Source of the DNA: Asterionella formosa | Taxonomy: Eukaryota | DNA length: 36,754 bases | NCBI GenBank assembly: GCA_002256025.1 | Contig: NKIB01015284.1 | Coordinates: 1-36,754 of the forward strand | Direction: 5' to 3' | Shown: positions 21,631-32,618 of the stretch, one piece after another | Layout: every line of letters begins with the position of its first letter | How positions within the stretch are numbered: the first letter of the stretch is position 1 | Notes under the pieces: generated by a model | Told to the model about the DNA's origin: nothing | Databases searched by the model: none | The model's input: the letters and a program-made list of their open reading frames with translations, nothing else | Made by a program: the position numbers and the translations under genes

Positions 21631-23354
21631 TTACAGCAAAAGAGTGGTTGGGTTTTCAATATGTGACTTGAAGGCACTCAACCATTGTGCTCCCACAGCC
21701 CCATCCACAACTCGATGATCACAACTCAACGTGGCAGTCATCATGACAGCCTCTTTGTAAAGCTGGTTTGTATCTTCCGTATTGGGCACAATTCTGTTCT
21801 CCATTGTACCTAAGGCCAATGCACATGCCTGCGGCTCTCTAATGATGGGAGCACAAGACTTGACCCCATACATACCCAAGTTCATAACAGTAAATGTTCC
21901 CATGGCATGAAAGTTATCAGGCAATTCAACACCTCCATCCAACGCGTTGACAGCAGTGGTCAAATCCGCCGACAAGGCCTTGACACCGCGGCGTCCGATG
22001 TCCCGAATGACTGGTGTGTACAAGTCATCTCCATTTCCAACAACGACATTGATATCGACTGAATCATATACACGAACAACACTGTCCATCCAACTTGCAT
22101 TGGCCGAAGGGACAGCCTTCATGGCTGCTGCTGCCGCCTTGAGCACGAGTTCATATACTCCCAATTGCTGTCCTTCTTTGCCGATACTCTTATTCAAAGT
22201 AGATCGTAATTCTAACAATGCATCCATCGTTAAATCGACAGTCAAGTAGTAATGAGGGACATTCCGCTTTGATTGAGCCAAACGAGCTGCGGTTTCTTGT
22301 GCCGAAGCTGAAATGGGATAGTCGATAAACCCGATACCAGCAACTGGAGAAGCTGAAGCAATGACTGTCTGAGCAGGAGATGCAGCAGTTGCGATGGTAG
22401 CGGTAGAAGGAGCAGCCACAGCAGCCGGAGAATCAATAGCTTGTTCCGCGGGAATAAATTCTTGAACGTCGGCGGCCAGAATACGTCCACCTGGCCCTGT
22501 CCCGACAATGGCTGAAATGTCCTTGCCAAGTTGCATTGCGAGCTTGTGTGCCTTCGGAGATGCGATAACACGACCCTCATAGGAAACGACTGGGGCAGGA
22601 GCAGTATTAGTAGGTGCTGCAGGAGTGGCAGCTGCGACTGGAACAGGAGTTGCAGCAATGGCAGTTGGCGCCGGCGCGGCAACAACAGCGCCTGGAGTCC
22701 AGTCAGCAAAAGCACCGACATTTGCAGCATCTTCTACTGAGATCATAATAGGAGTTCCACACAGAATCTCAGCAGCGCCAGCATCCATCAAAATCTTGGC
22801 AACCACTCCTTCGTCTTGTGCTTCAAAATCCATGGTTGCCTTGTCGGTTTCGATACTACAGATGACATCACCAGCACCAAACGAATCTCCAACTTTCACG
22901 GCCCAACTCGCGATCGTTCCTGCTTCCATAGTCTAAACAAGTAAACAAGATGAAAAAGGTTAGCAATTGACAGGAGAATGGATCCTGAAACGGAAGATCC
23001 GATGAAGTGAACCTCGGCAGTACAAATCGAATGTCGACAGGATTTCTGCATTTAACTCCCCACGGCACTCTCCAAGAATCAAGTTCGGCAAAAATTAACT
23101 TCGAAGAGTTCAGCTGTTAACAACGCCGACGCTGAACTAATCCATCATTTGACGAAGCATTCAAATCGTCGGAATGTGCTCGCAGTTCCGATTGAGATCC
23201 GATCACAACTCACTGGCGAGAGGGAAGGCATTCCGTGAACATCATGAGGAGGATAAGATGCTAAGAATCGTCGTAGTGGAGACAAGCCTGACAACCTGCT
23301 TGTTCGGTCGACGAGTCGTCGTGACAAGCCAAGGGCAAACAGTCGAGTCGCCAT
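21631..23354 (-). CDS. DLAT: Pyruvate dehydrogenase E2 (dihydrolipoamide acetyltransferase), mitochondrial; exons 23354-23214 and 22932-21631
   Basis: Presequence MATRLFALGLSRR. Splicing restores MPSLSP|TMEAG. Lipoyl motif IETDKAT, subunit-binding ASPKAHKLA..GTGPGGRI, catalytic DHRVVDGA. Confidence 0.95.
22933..23213 (-). other. Spliceosomal intron (281 bp) of the E2 gene
   Basis: gtgagt donor, gctaac branch site, pyrimidine tract and tttag acceptor on the minus strand. Confidence 0.92.
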
Positions 23355-23427
23355 GGTGAAAGTAGGTGAATTGACGATGTGGGGTAAGTGGATCTGCTGG
23401 TATTCGTTTATCTGGATTTTAGTTCTG

Positions 23428-23750
23428 TACACCCGGGTACTACATAGCATAATAACCTACTTAGTATATACCGGTAGAGTAACAACGTAAAAACTGGGGG
23501 GCATACCCCATGCCCAGCAATGCTACCAGGTACCTGGTACCTGGTACCGGTACCCTGGTAACAGTAGTTAGAACCAATACCCGCATTTAAATAACGGAAC
23601 ATGTTTGGGCTCACACGTACGTCCCAGGTACCACTGTTGTTTACCGGTAGTACCGGTAAGTGTCGAACCGATATCCTAATGTAGGCTCTCTGCTACCGGT
23701 ACTCTATTATTTTTGGACCAAGGACCTACCGGTATTCTACGACAGGTACA
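23428..23750. promoter_or_regulatory. (GGTACCW)n cluster upstream of the E2 gene
   Basis: taccaggtacctggtacctggtaccggtaccctggtaac (23524 onward) plus several taccggta sites to 23750. Confidence 0.6.
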
Positions 23751-24059
23751 TTGCAGCAGCCAAGGCTAAGGTCAAAAGTGGTGAGAAAAAAGTGAACAGC
23801 ACAGATTTTCCCAAGTTTGGATTTCTCATCATATATTGTGTACAAATGATGGATGAAAATTGCTTGCATTTTATGTCATATCCATAACCTTGTCAATAAT
23901 AATGATGTAAATAGCTAAACATAGATGAAGCAATGCTGTACCCAAATAAGATACATTTGTAAACTGGTGAGGTAGAATCTATACCAGCCAGTAAAGTGAA
24001 AATTACCCTACTAATGGGTATGTATAAAGTATGTATTTACCCCCAAAACATTGAGCAAC

Positions 24060-24281
24060 ATGCCAAAGGCAAGAAAACTCACCAGACACAAGCCTGATTA
24101 TTTTCAAGAGATGGTAGGCAGATGTTTGCTTGCCATTGCTACTGATATAGAATTGTTGAAAGCTAATAACTGCGGTGAAATCACCTATCATGCACTCAAA
24201 AAGTCAGTCAATGAAATGAAGGGTATGCTCCCATGGTGGACAGTTAATAAGTTTGCTCAAGTACTACCTATACAAGATTAA
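24060..24281 (+). mobile_element. Possible 5' fragment of a pogo/Tc1-like transposase relic
   Basis: NNCGEITYHALKKSVNEMKGMLPWWT resembles, from memory, N-termini of diatom pogo-like transposases. CpG-poor context. Not verified by search. Confidence 0.3.
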
Positions 24282-25812
24282 ATAATAGCTATTTCAAGAC
24301 CAGATGTGGTTGCATCTGTTCATATCCCAAAAGCCACCAGCATAATGAATCAAAGACAAGTGAAATATCTGATTAATTAATGGATTTAATTAAGGCTTCT
24401 GCATTTGCTTGAACCCCTAGCCCGAGGTAGGTTTAAATAAATGAAGTCAGAGTTGTCAAACATACACTTCTTACTAGTAAAATATAAATGCGTATCGCTA
24501 AACGGAGCTTTCACCAATTTACACCATTTCCATATGCTTAAATACAGTCATGGATCAAAGTAGGGGTATAGGTGAATGCTATATAACGTCAGGATATAGT
24601 GCAGAAAGGAACTTTGGATTTTTACTATGCTGAATAAAGTGGATTTTACTGGGCCAAACGGTTTATTCGGCCAACTAAATAAATAAACCGATGCTCCTTA
24701 CTACACTTTCTTACCGACACTTACCTTCTGGGACTTAATGAAGAATACCTATGTAATTAATTCTTCTTCAAACCCTGCCATTGTTAAGCAATTGTCGTCC
24801 AAAAAATCGACAAAATCGGCATTTTCAACGGTCTGAACTGATCGCCGCAACGTCATCATCGGAATATGAGTCTTGTGATTCAATTTTTCGTCCAATAGTC
24901 ACCTGCACAAAAGTTACATTGTAAGTGCCCGCTTCAATGTAAATATTTTGATTGGTCAAGTTGAATTACTTACCGCCATTTATTTGGCCCGGTTTGCACG
25001 GTCTTCTTGCTGACCCACGCTGGCCACACTGGATGCACAGATAACATCTTTTTGGGTGTTGGCTGGTACAATATCCACAATAGGAGGTAGCTTATCATCA
25101 GTGATCGTAGGCATACCAGTACTAGAATTCACCGAGTTGCATGACGCATATGTGTTGATTGTAGTATAGAGCATATGTACACGGAGAGATGTCGACTGTT
25201 TATCTGTATGTTTAGCGGATTCGAAAAGGAATCTATGTAAATACACGTAAATTTCAACTGATTTAAATATTTCAAATGGAATCATGATGTCATTCAAAAT
25301 TATCTCATAAAAATTCGTAGTTCCAGCCAGGGAATTTCGGCAACCCTAGGCAATTTTTTAATTTTTGCCTTGGGTTTCAAATGCAGGAACCTTAATGTGA
25401 AACTGTCTAACAGCATATATGAAAGTTCCTCCTACATTGACAATGATGACGCACTCTCTCTGGTTTAGGGTTGGATAAAATGAAGAAAATAGTACTACAA
25501 TGGACTTAATGACAGCTCCTCCAACCATTATCATGACTAATACTTCTTTTTGAGGTCGTCCAAAGGAAACTACTGTATAATTCAGTGTTCTGGATCCCGC
25601 AAGAATGTACACTGCCATGACTAAATGTGACTGATTAAAATAAAAGGGGGTTCAAGAATATGGTGAGATTTCCCTTATAATAGACTTGAGTCAATTTTAT
25701 CAGTTCTACAGAATGGCGCGCTTTTTTATAATAAATGTCATTATGATCGTTTTTTCCGTAGAGAGAAAATTGAGAAAGTTCTTCACTTTTCAAGAAAAAC
25801 CCGACTTCACGG

Positions 25813-26213
25813 NNNNNNNNNNNNNNNNNNNNNNNNNNNNNNNNNNNNNNNNNNNNNNNNNNNNNNNNNNNNNNNNNNNNNNNNNNNNNNNNNNNNNNNN
25901 NNNNNNNNNNNNNNNNNNNNNNNNNNNNNNNNNNNNNNNNNNNNNNNNNNNNNNNNNNNNNNNNNNNNNNNNNNNNNNNNNNNNNNNNNNNNNNNNNNNN
26001 NNNNNNNNNNNNNNNNNNNNNNNNNNNNNNNNNNNNNNNNNNNNNNNNNNNNNNNNNNNNNNNNNNNNNNNNNNNNNNNNNNNNNNNNNNNNNNNNNNNN
26101 NNNNNNNNNNNNNNNNNNNNNNNNNNNNNNNNNNNNNNNNNNNNNNNNNNNNNNNNNNNNNNNNNNNNNNNNNNNNNNNNNNNNNNNNNNNNNNNNNNNN
26201 NNNNNNNNNNNNN
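25813..26213. other. Assembly gap (401 N)
   Basis: Run of n. Confidence 1.
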
Positions 26214-26339
26214 TTACGAGGGCTCCTTAAATTGTAACACATTTCTTCTTTGTCTGTCTAGAAAATTATTGCGTGTTTGGTGCCACCTCGAGAAAATTTA
26301 CAGGGGGGTCCAGGATACTGAATTAGACAGTACAACTGC

Positions 26340-26990
26340 CCTTAGCACTGCTATGGCTTTTAATTGGGGCTGTTGACCACTGAGTTACAATGCCCTGCTT
26401 CACCCAGAAATACAGATGACCTAAAATATCGGAGGCATGCAAACAAATGAAGCAAGCAAACCACAGCACCTTGACAAGCGACTGGTGCTAAGCAAGCTCA
26501 ATCTGACAGAAGGAGTTTCTAGAACAGTAACCAATTAAATTGTAGATTATATCAAGAGGGAAGATGCAAGAAATGGATCAAATGCGAAAAAAGTTGCAAG
26601 GAAAAGAAGAGAAACAGCATAAGCTGCAATTGACCAGCACAAACTGCAGGGCTGCAAACATGCGGGAGACTCATTGGGGACAGCAAATTGTTCGGAACCA
26701 AAAGAAGAGAAAGCAAATGAACGGTTTGTTGCAATCAAAGCCAATGTTCAGGAAAGAAGAGGAAGTGGAAAGTTTGCTGAAGATTGCACCTATGCCAAGT
26801 TGAAGAGAACATTCGCCCTTTGGTTCAAACATGAAGGTGATGTGCCATTCCCAATAAAAAGACAGAATCCATTAGCCCAGTACCTTGATACAAATCACAG
26901 AGGAGATCAGATGCAGCCATTTCCAAAAATGTTGATAGAAGAGGAGAATGTTGCTACAGCAATATCTCGGGTGGGAGGAGACAAGTGATG
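26340..26990 (+). mobile_element. Probable 3' fragment of a pogo/Tc1-like DDE transposase relic
   Basis: Frameshifted pieces WGC*PLSYNALLHPEIQ and LWFKHEGDVPFPIKRQ..LAQYLDT resemble, from memory, C-terminal motifs of diatom DDE transposases. Not verified by search. Confidence 0.45.
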
Positions 26991-27256
26991 CTGATACACT
27001 GGTACCAGACACGATACAGGCAGGGAGAGGAGGTGATGCAGCCGCGATGCCTGCAACAAAAAGGGGAATTAATATGGGGAGGGCAACAAGAGAAACGAAT
27101 TAATGAGCGCACATTAGTCCATATGTGCTCTGTTGGTGGTGCCAAGAAAGATTTAGGTAAAGACAAACAGGATAATCCTTGTTGAATACGAATATGAATT
27201 TTTTTCAGGTACGGTAAAAAATTCAAATACTGCGTTTACCCACTGAGACTGAATTT

Positions 27257-27313
27257 TACGTCTTCAGTGTATTAATGTTGAAATCATACGTCTTCAGTAT
27301 ATTAATGTTGAAA
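27257..27313. repeat. 30-bp-period tandem duplication
   Basis: tacgtcttcagt(g/a)tattaatgttgaaa at 27257 and 27287. Confidence 0.9.
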
Positions 27314-27628
27314 AGAACCAGATGTTCAATTTAACTATGACAGGAACACAATGCTAACATATTGACGCCTTCTGACATCGAACCCACACAAAAAAATTCA
27401 GAGAGAGGCGCATTAAGTGTTAGTTGAATGCATCAAATGAATTGGAGGAATCAGTGGGTCAATGCAGTTTTTTACTGGTATCATGTCTGATTGCTTGCAG
27501 TTGTAACTCAGTCTACCATGCTATTTTCTACAATAATAGTTTAGTGGGTGAACCGGGGCAGTAGTTGCAATCAAACCGAAAGTTGAAGTCCTCGACTTAG
27601 CTAGTACTGACTTCACGTTTTTGTTTTT

Positions 27629-29596
27629 TCAAGTGTTGGCTGGAACAGAAACTTTTGATGCTCGAATTGAGAGGACTTCATTAGAATAGATTGCCAAAGC
27701 GGCGTCAATTGCGGACCATAGGTTTGCTTCAGCGGCAGCAATATTGGGATCGGATGAAGTCTCATCCCGGGCTGGAAGGGGAAGGAGGAGCTGCCTGGTA
27801 AGGTTCGCATCACGCGCTTGGGCCATGGTACTCTGGCCAAACTGCTCGTAGGATTCTTTCATTTCGGTAACAGTAGGAAAGTTGACTTCTTTCATGGTTA
27901 GGCCAAAAGTACCTTCTTCTTCAACTTTTTTAAAGCCGTCTTCTCCAATACCTTCAAGACGACCGGAACGAACGAGATTGGCAGGCTCAACTTCGACTGC
28001 ACCATTAGCAACAGCTCCACAAGCTATATCGTCGCTCGGCGCTTTATTCGCCTCCTCGTACTGATCAAGAAATGATCGAACCGAGACACGAATATCTCTC
28101 TTCATGGAACTCAAAGCATGAAGGTACCGCAATTTGTACTCCATTGGATTAACACGTTTGCCTGTTGGAATGTGGATGTATCGATGTTTGTTGTTTCGAG
28201 ACTTTTCTACCCTACAATCCGTAACTTTTTCCAGTAAAGCCAACTCCTCATGCTTTCTTACATCCAATAGCTTCATGATTGGATCCATGGTTAAAATGAT
28301 TGCACGTCGTTCTTCCGTGCACAACATCTCGTTACTACAGCTGGAAATACAATCAAATCCATCATGTGATTTGGCTGTTTTCAAAGCTTGACGCCGTTTC
28401 AATGATGGTGGAACCAAAGAATAGCCTGTGAGTCTTTCAATTTCTCGAGCTTCCAATGAAGTGTCTCTTTCGAATATCGAGAGTGAGCAGTATCCTCTCG
28501 AGAAATCCCTAATTATCTCCATCTCGGAAGATAGCTTCGATCTCCCATGTTGCATGGTAATTTCTGTACTTAGTGCTATGGCGGTGACTGGATTCTGTTC
28601 ATGAAATGTCACCCCTTTGAATCGGTTCAACTGGTATGAATTATCTTTTGAGGGTAACGGATCCTTGTAGTTCATGAGCCTTTGAAAGTATTCATTTGCA
28701 GCAATAAGTTCCGCACTATTGTCCCCACTATGGTCGTCGGAATATATGTCACTTGGTAATAACATACTCATACGCTTCGTTTGGGGCTTTCTTTTGAAAT
28801 CAGCAGAGTCGTCCATGAAAATTTCTTCATTCGATTCTTTTTGGTGAGCGGGTAGTTCCAAGTCTTTCATCTGTAATTCGTTGTCGGCTTGCACCTTTGG
28901 CTGTCGTAGTGAAGGAATCACCACAATCGCATTCATTTCATATTCCATAGTATTGCACAGTTGACTGACTGGATAAGAAACATTAGAAACCATCTTTCGA
29001 AGCCTTTTAGTGATATTTTTCTGGTCTGCATTTGATGCTTTCTCAGCTTCGTCTCGTTTCAGTTCGTCGCTGGCATCAACAAGATTCTGAGCTGACTGCA
29101 AGGTGCTGAAACTTTTTCGGGGTCGCTTCTTCTCAAGTCCTTCAATGCTAACTTTGTTAGTCAATTCCTGAAGAGGACGCAAAAGCGGTGAGGACTCACG
29201 ACGTTTATTTCGTTTCCATCGTAGCTCTGGAGAAGGTGGATCAGGGATTGATAGCAAATCAGAGCAGTTATCAATGTTGAAGCCATGAAGAAAATGATCT
29301 GCCGGAGTTGATTCTGATTCTGTTGCTTCTGACGGCTCGCAAACTAAAGCAGAAACTTTCACGTCTGAAGACTTGTTTCTCGAGGAATCAGGCACTGCAA
29401 GACTGGGATGCACGCTGCTGCTACAATTCGGAATACGAGAGGGCCTTGGCGGCAATTTCGGAGTATTGGTTGTTTCAAGAGGACGACGCTTGACGTTTTT
29501 CGCACCATCCGCTGAAATTACTATATTTTTGCCTGAACGAGAAGAAGGTGAAGGAAGTGAAGGAACGGAGAAGGAGCAGCGTCGTGTTTGCACCAT
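27629..29596 (-). CDS. Hypothetical protein (655 aa), largely disordered N-half
   Basis: Long uninterrupted ORF with accATGg context and CpG retained. No family recognised. Confidence 0.85.
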   Translation of the reverse strand: MVQTRRCSFSVPSLPSPSSRSGKNIVISADGAKNVKRRPLETTNTPKLPPRPSRIPNCSSSVHPSLAVPDSSRNKSSDVKVSALVCEPSEATESESTPADHFLHGFNIDNCSDLLSIPDPPSPELRWKRNKRRESSPLLRPLQELTNKVSIEGLEKKRPRKSFSTLQSAQNLVDASDELKRDEAEKASNADQKNITKRLRKMVSNVSYPVSQLCNTMEYEMNAIVVIPSLRQPKVQADNELQMKDLELPAHQKESNEEIFMDDSADFKRKPQTKRMSMLLPSDIYSDDHSGDNSAELIAANEYFQRLMNYKDPLPSKDNSYQLNRFKGVTFHEQNPVTAIALSTEITMQHGRSKLSSEMEIIRDFSRGYCSLSIFERDTSLEAREIERLTGYSLVPPSLKRRQALKTAKSHDGFDCISSCSNEMLCTEERRAIILTMDPIMKLLDVRKHEELALLEKVTDCRVEKSRNNKHRYIHIPTGKRVNPMEYKLRYLHALSSMKRDIRVSVRSFLDQYEEANKAPSDDIACGAVANGAVEVEPANLVRSGRLEGIGEDGFKKVEEEGTFGLTMKEVNFPTVTEMKESYEQFGQSTMAQARDANLTRQLLLPLPARDETSSDPNIAAAEANLWSAIDAALAIYSNEVLSIRASKVSVPANT

Positions 29597-30364
29597 GGTC
29601 GACTGTTTGTTGCATTTTGTTACTCATGTTATGAAGTCTCCTCCTTCGTCCGTTTCGACGCGCTGACGGCCGTTTGAAATTTGATTTTGCTTCCTGCTGT
29701 CAGTCGTAGACTGCTACCGGTACAAATGATACCTGTACTTATTTAGTTGTTACATCACACATGCATATTCGATATATACTCCGTACTATGGAGCAACCGT
29801 TATCTCGAGGTCAAGAGTCGAAAAAAAATCACAAGACCCACTGCCTGCTTTCATTGTTGAGGTTGGCTGATGATGTGGCTGCATCAATGCTCTCCAAAGG
29901 ATGAGAAAGCAGCCGCAGCGGTGCTATGCATGAACTCCGAGTAAACTTCAAAAAAATGTGTACTAATGGTACCACATGAACGAGAAGTTGAGGTAGATTA
30001 ATCTGAAAGGAGTTTGACAAATAGTACATAAATATTGATAAACCGGTAAATATACTCAGCAACATAGGTGCTAGGCAGTGGATTGAAGGATCACAGCGAA
30101 TTTAGGAGACTGTTGATAGATAGATTTGACTCTATTGATATTTCCAAATAAAGTGGCTGAGCTTATAGAAGAATTAACTTTAGCAAGCAAAACCAACAAT
30201 ATTAGATCATAAATGAGTAGAGATTAACTCAGGTTCACAACCAGACTCAAAGATTGATTCAAATGTGAGCAAAAATTGATTCATGTTCATGACTAGACTC
30301 AAAGGATCATGAATGAGCTGATTTTGGAGATGCAAACAAGATTCATTTGACTTATCTGTATCAA

Positions 30365-31690
30365 CTCTCTCCCTTAGTAGCAGAGCACACAATCACCAAC
30401 CACATGACTGTTCGCATAAAGCTGTAAATTTGTCATCCACAAGACCCTTTGTAAAGATATCAGTCAGGTTGGCTATAGTATCCACCTTGACAATTTAAAG
30501 AGCACCAGAAAGGACATATTCACAAAAAGTGATATACTAGTACAGCAATGTACTTAGTATGAGGATTCATCGTTGGTATCTTTGCTTGGGAGGCAGAGGC
30601 ATGCACTTTTATCTTCATCATCATAGACCTTTGAAAAAGATCGATCAGCTGAACCTTTACCAATATGTAGGGCAGTAGATGCTTCTTGAATGATATGATG
30701 GAGAGGAATTAGGTCCTGATAACTGGCAGAAAGAGCTTGGTATTCTGCTTCCATTTTAGATAGTAGTGCAGTGGTAGTTTGTAATTTGGACACCCAGAGG
30801 AGGGGGCATCCAGCAAGGGTGATGACATAGCCCGTTCAAGAGCGATATTACACTGGAATAGTAGAGTCTTCTGAACCAAAGAGCCCAACAAAATCACTGT
30901 CACAGTAGCATTCAATGTCAATGGCATCAGGAGTAGGAGTAAAAACAATTCCTCGGTCAAAAGTGCCATTCAGATAACGGCAAATTTTTCTTCATTGCTT
31001 ACTATTTCATGAGTACTAGCATAAGGACAACGAAAAAAGCGAGCGAGCACACTGATTCACAGCAAAAGCAATGTCAGGACAAGAATTAGCTAGAGCATAG
31101 TAACATCCCCATCACAAACCGGTAGTTCCATGTTTCAGTTGCAGGCAAAACACCCTTCTCAGTTCCTAGAGTCTCTTTATTGGCTGGAGTAGGGCTAGCC
31201 CAACAGTCTTCGAGGCCAGCAGTACTAGCATCATGGAGGGCATGCTTAATAAGACCCTTTTGTGTGAGTTTAAGTGAACCATTTTCCCTTGATTTGTTGA
31301 TTTGGATGCCCAGAAAAGCAGCAAGATCTCCCTCTCGAGGAGTCAATTCTGGGTCAATAACATCAATCATAGCATCAGTCATTGTCTCATCATGAACAAT
31401 AAGAATTGAATCATCCACACATACCAGGTAGAAGACCATGTCAGCATGAACGAAAAGGCATGGGTCTAACAGTGACTGGGTGAACCCTGTTGCTCAAGAC
31501 ATTCCTTCAATTTGAAGTTCAATTTGAAGAACCAAGTCTTAGGTGCCTGTTTTGTTCCATACAATGATTTATTTTACACAATAATTCATTTTACTGAAGT
31601 TCCATATCTCTTCCCCTGGGATCATCAAAATCTTTGGGCATTTCAACATACACCTCTTCATCAATATCTGCTTGACTGAAGACATTGTTC
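30365..31690 (-). mobile_element. Degenerate Ty1/copia RT-RNase H relic with polypurine tract
   Basis: Minus strand: QADIDEEVYVEMP, KSLYGTKQAPKTWF, VCVDD, SKLQT...MEAEYQALS, LTDIFTKGL, ending CGW* (stop 30393-30395), then AAGGGAGAGAG (30375-30365). Many stops and frameshifts. Confidence 0.9.
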
Positions 31691-31996
31691 TGGTGTCAAT
31701 TCCTTCATCCACTGATGCCTATGATTGGTTATAGTGAAAAGTCAATGAAAGAAAGGGGGGGGGGGGGGGCCATGGCGCAAATTCCAAGGGGCACAAGTTT
31801 TTAGAAAATTATATAAAGGATTCGATTCGGAATAATTTTTAAATCGGGGCTCTTAGAGCCGGAGAATTATCAGAACATACGCTTCATGAGAGGCAGGCAT
31901 GCATCATTGACCTAAAGTTTGGTTGCAACCATCAAAGATGATGAACGCAGAGGGAGTATACTTTTAACGACGCACTATGTACTATGGCAACATGTA

Positions 31997-32030
31997 GTAC
32001 CTGGTACCAGGGACCAGTACCAGGTACCAG
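31997..32030. promoter_or_regulatory. (GGTACCW)n cluster upstream of the MntP-like gene
   Basis: gtacctggtaccagggaccagtaccaggtaccag, ~50 bp before the ATG at 32079. Confidence 0.6.
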
Positions 32031-32078
32031 TTCTGTATATAGAGCGAAGCTAAAGTTCACTCAAATGTACCTGCAAGG

Positions 32079-32618
32079 ATGTCACAATCCATCCACTTGC
32101 ACGCATTGATATTAGCATTGGCATCATCCACGGACAACTTTTGCATTGGCCTATCATTAGGAATCCAGCAAAAGCGCCTCTCCATTCCACTGAATGGCAT
32201 AATTAGCCTTTGCAACGCTAGTGGGGCCTTGCTGGCAGGTCACGGGGGGAGTCGCCTCAACAATGCTATTGCTCCGCTTCTGGCCAGTGCGGCATTTGGG
32301 TTCTTGGGATTTAAGGAATGGACTTCCACCAGTGTGTCTTCCGCGGCTCCAAAAGACCTTTCGCTGTCTCTTGCCATTCCTATGACTCTCAATAATTTGG
32401 CATGTGGTGTGGCCGGAGGTGTTGCCGGCATTCCACCCCTTATGGCGGGAGGCTACGCATTGGCTGCATCGTTCACTTCAATGTGGGCGGGTTACCGTGT
32501 TGGTCAGAAAATTGGTGCACGATTGCCCCTAGCACCCAATGAAGTGGCTGGTGGTTTTTTTTACTTGTTGAGTTTCCTGACGCTGGTGGACATGTTCTAT
32601 GGCTTTTGGAATGAGTAG
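32079..32618 (+). CDS. MntP/YtaF-family multi-pass membrane protein (putative Mn2+ efflux)
   Basis: 179 aa, hydrophobic, with two internally repeated motifs LALASSTDNFCIGLSLG and LAIPMTLNNLACGVAGG typical of MntP/YtaF halves. Confidence 0.75.
   Translation: MSQSIHLHALILALASSTDNFCIGLSLGIQQKRLSIPLNGIISLCNASGALLAGHGGSRLNNAIAPLLASAAFGFLGFKEWTSTSVSSAAPKDLSLSLAIPMTLNNLACGVAGGVAGIPPLMAGGYALAASFTSMWAGYRVGQKIGARLPLAPNEVAGGFFYLLSFLTLVDMFYGFWNE

Noticed and set aside
23040..23150. TPP riboswitch or U4/U5 snRNA in the E2 intron
   Set aside because: Lacks the GCUGAGA core of TPP riboswitches and the U5 loop or U4 5' consensus. Only isolated short motifs match.
25686..26242. ORFs of 183 and 150 aa
   Set aside because: Artefacts of the N gap.
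31755..31769. G15 run as a G-quadruplex or polypurine tract
   Set aside because: An isolated homopolymer of uncertain length, on the wrong strand and end to be the PPT of the adjacent copia relic.
4898..32030. GGTACCW arrays as a CRISPR array or cloning (KpnI) artefact
   Set aside because: No constant 25-45 bp repeat with unique spacers and no cas genes. Units are degenerate and positioned relative to genes rather than at junctions.
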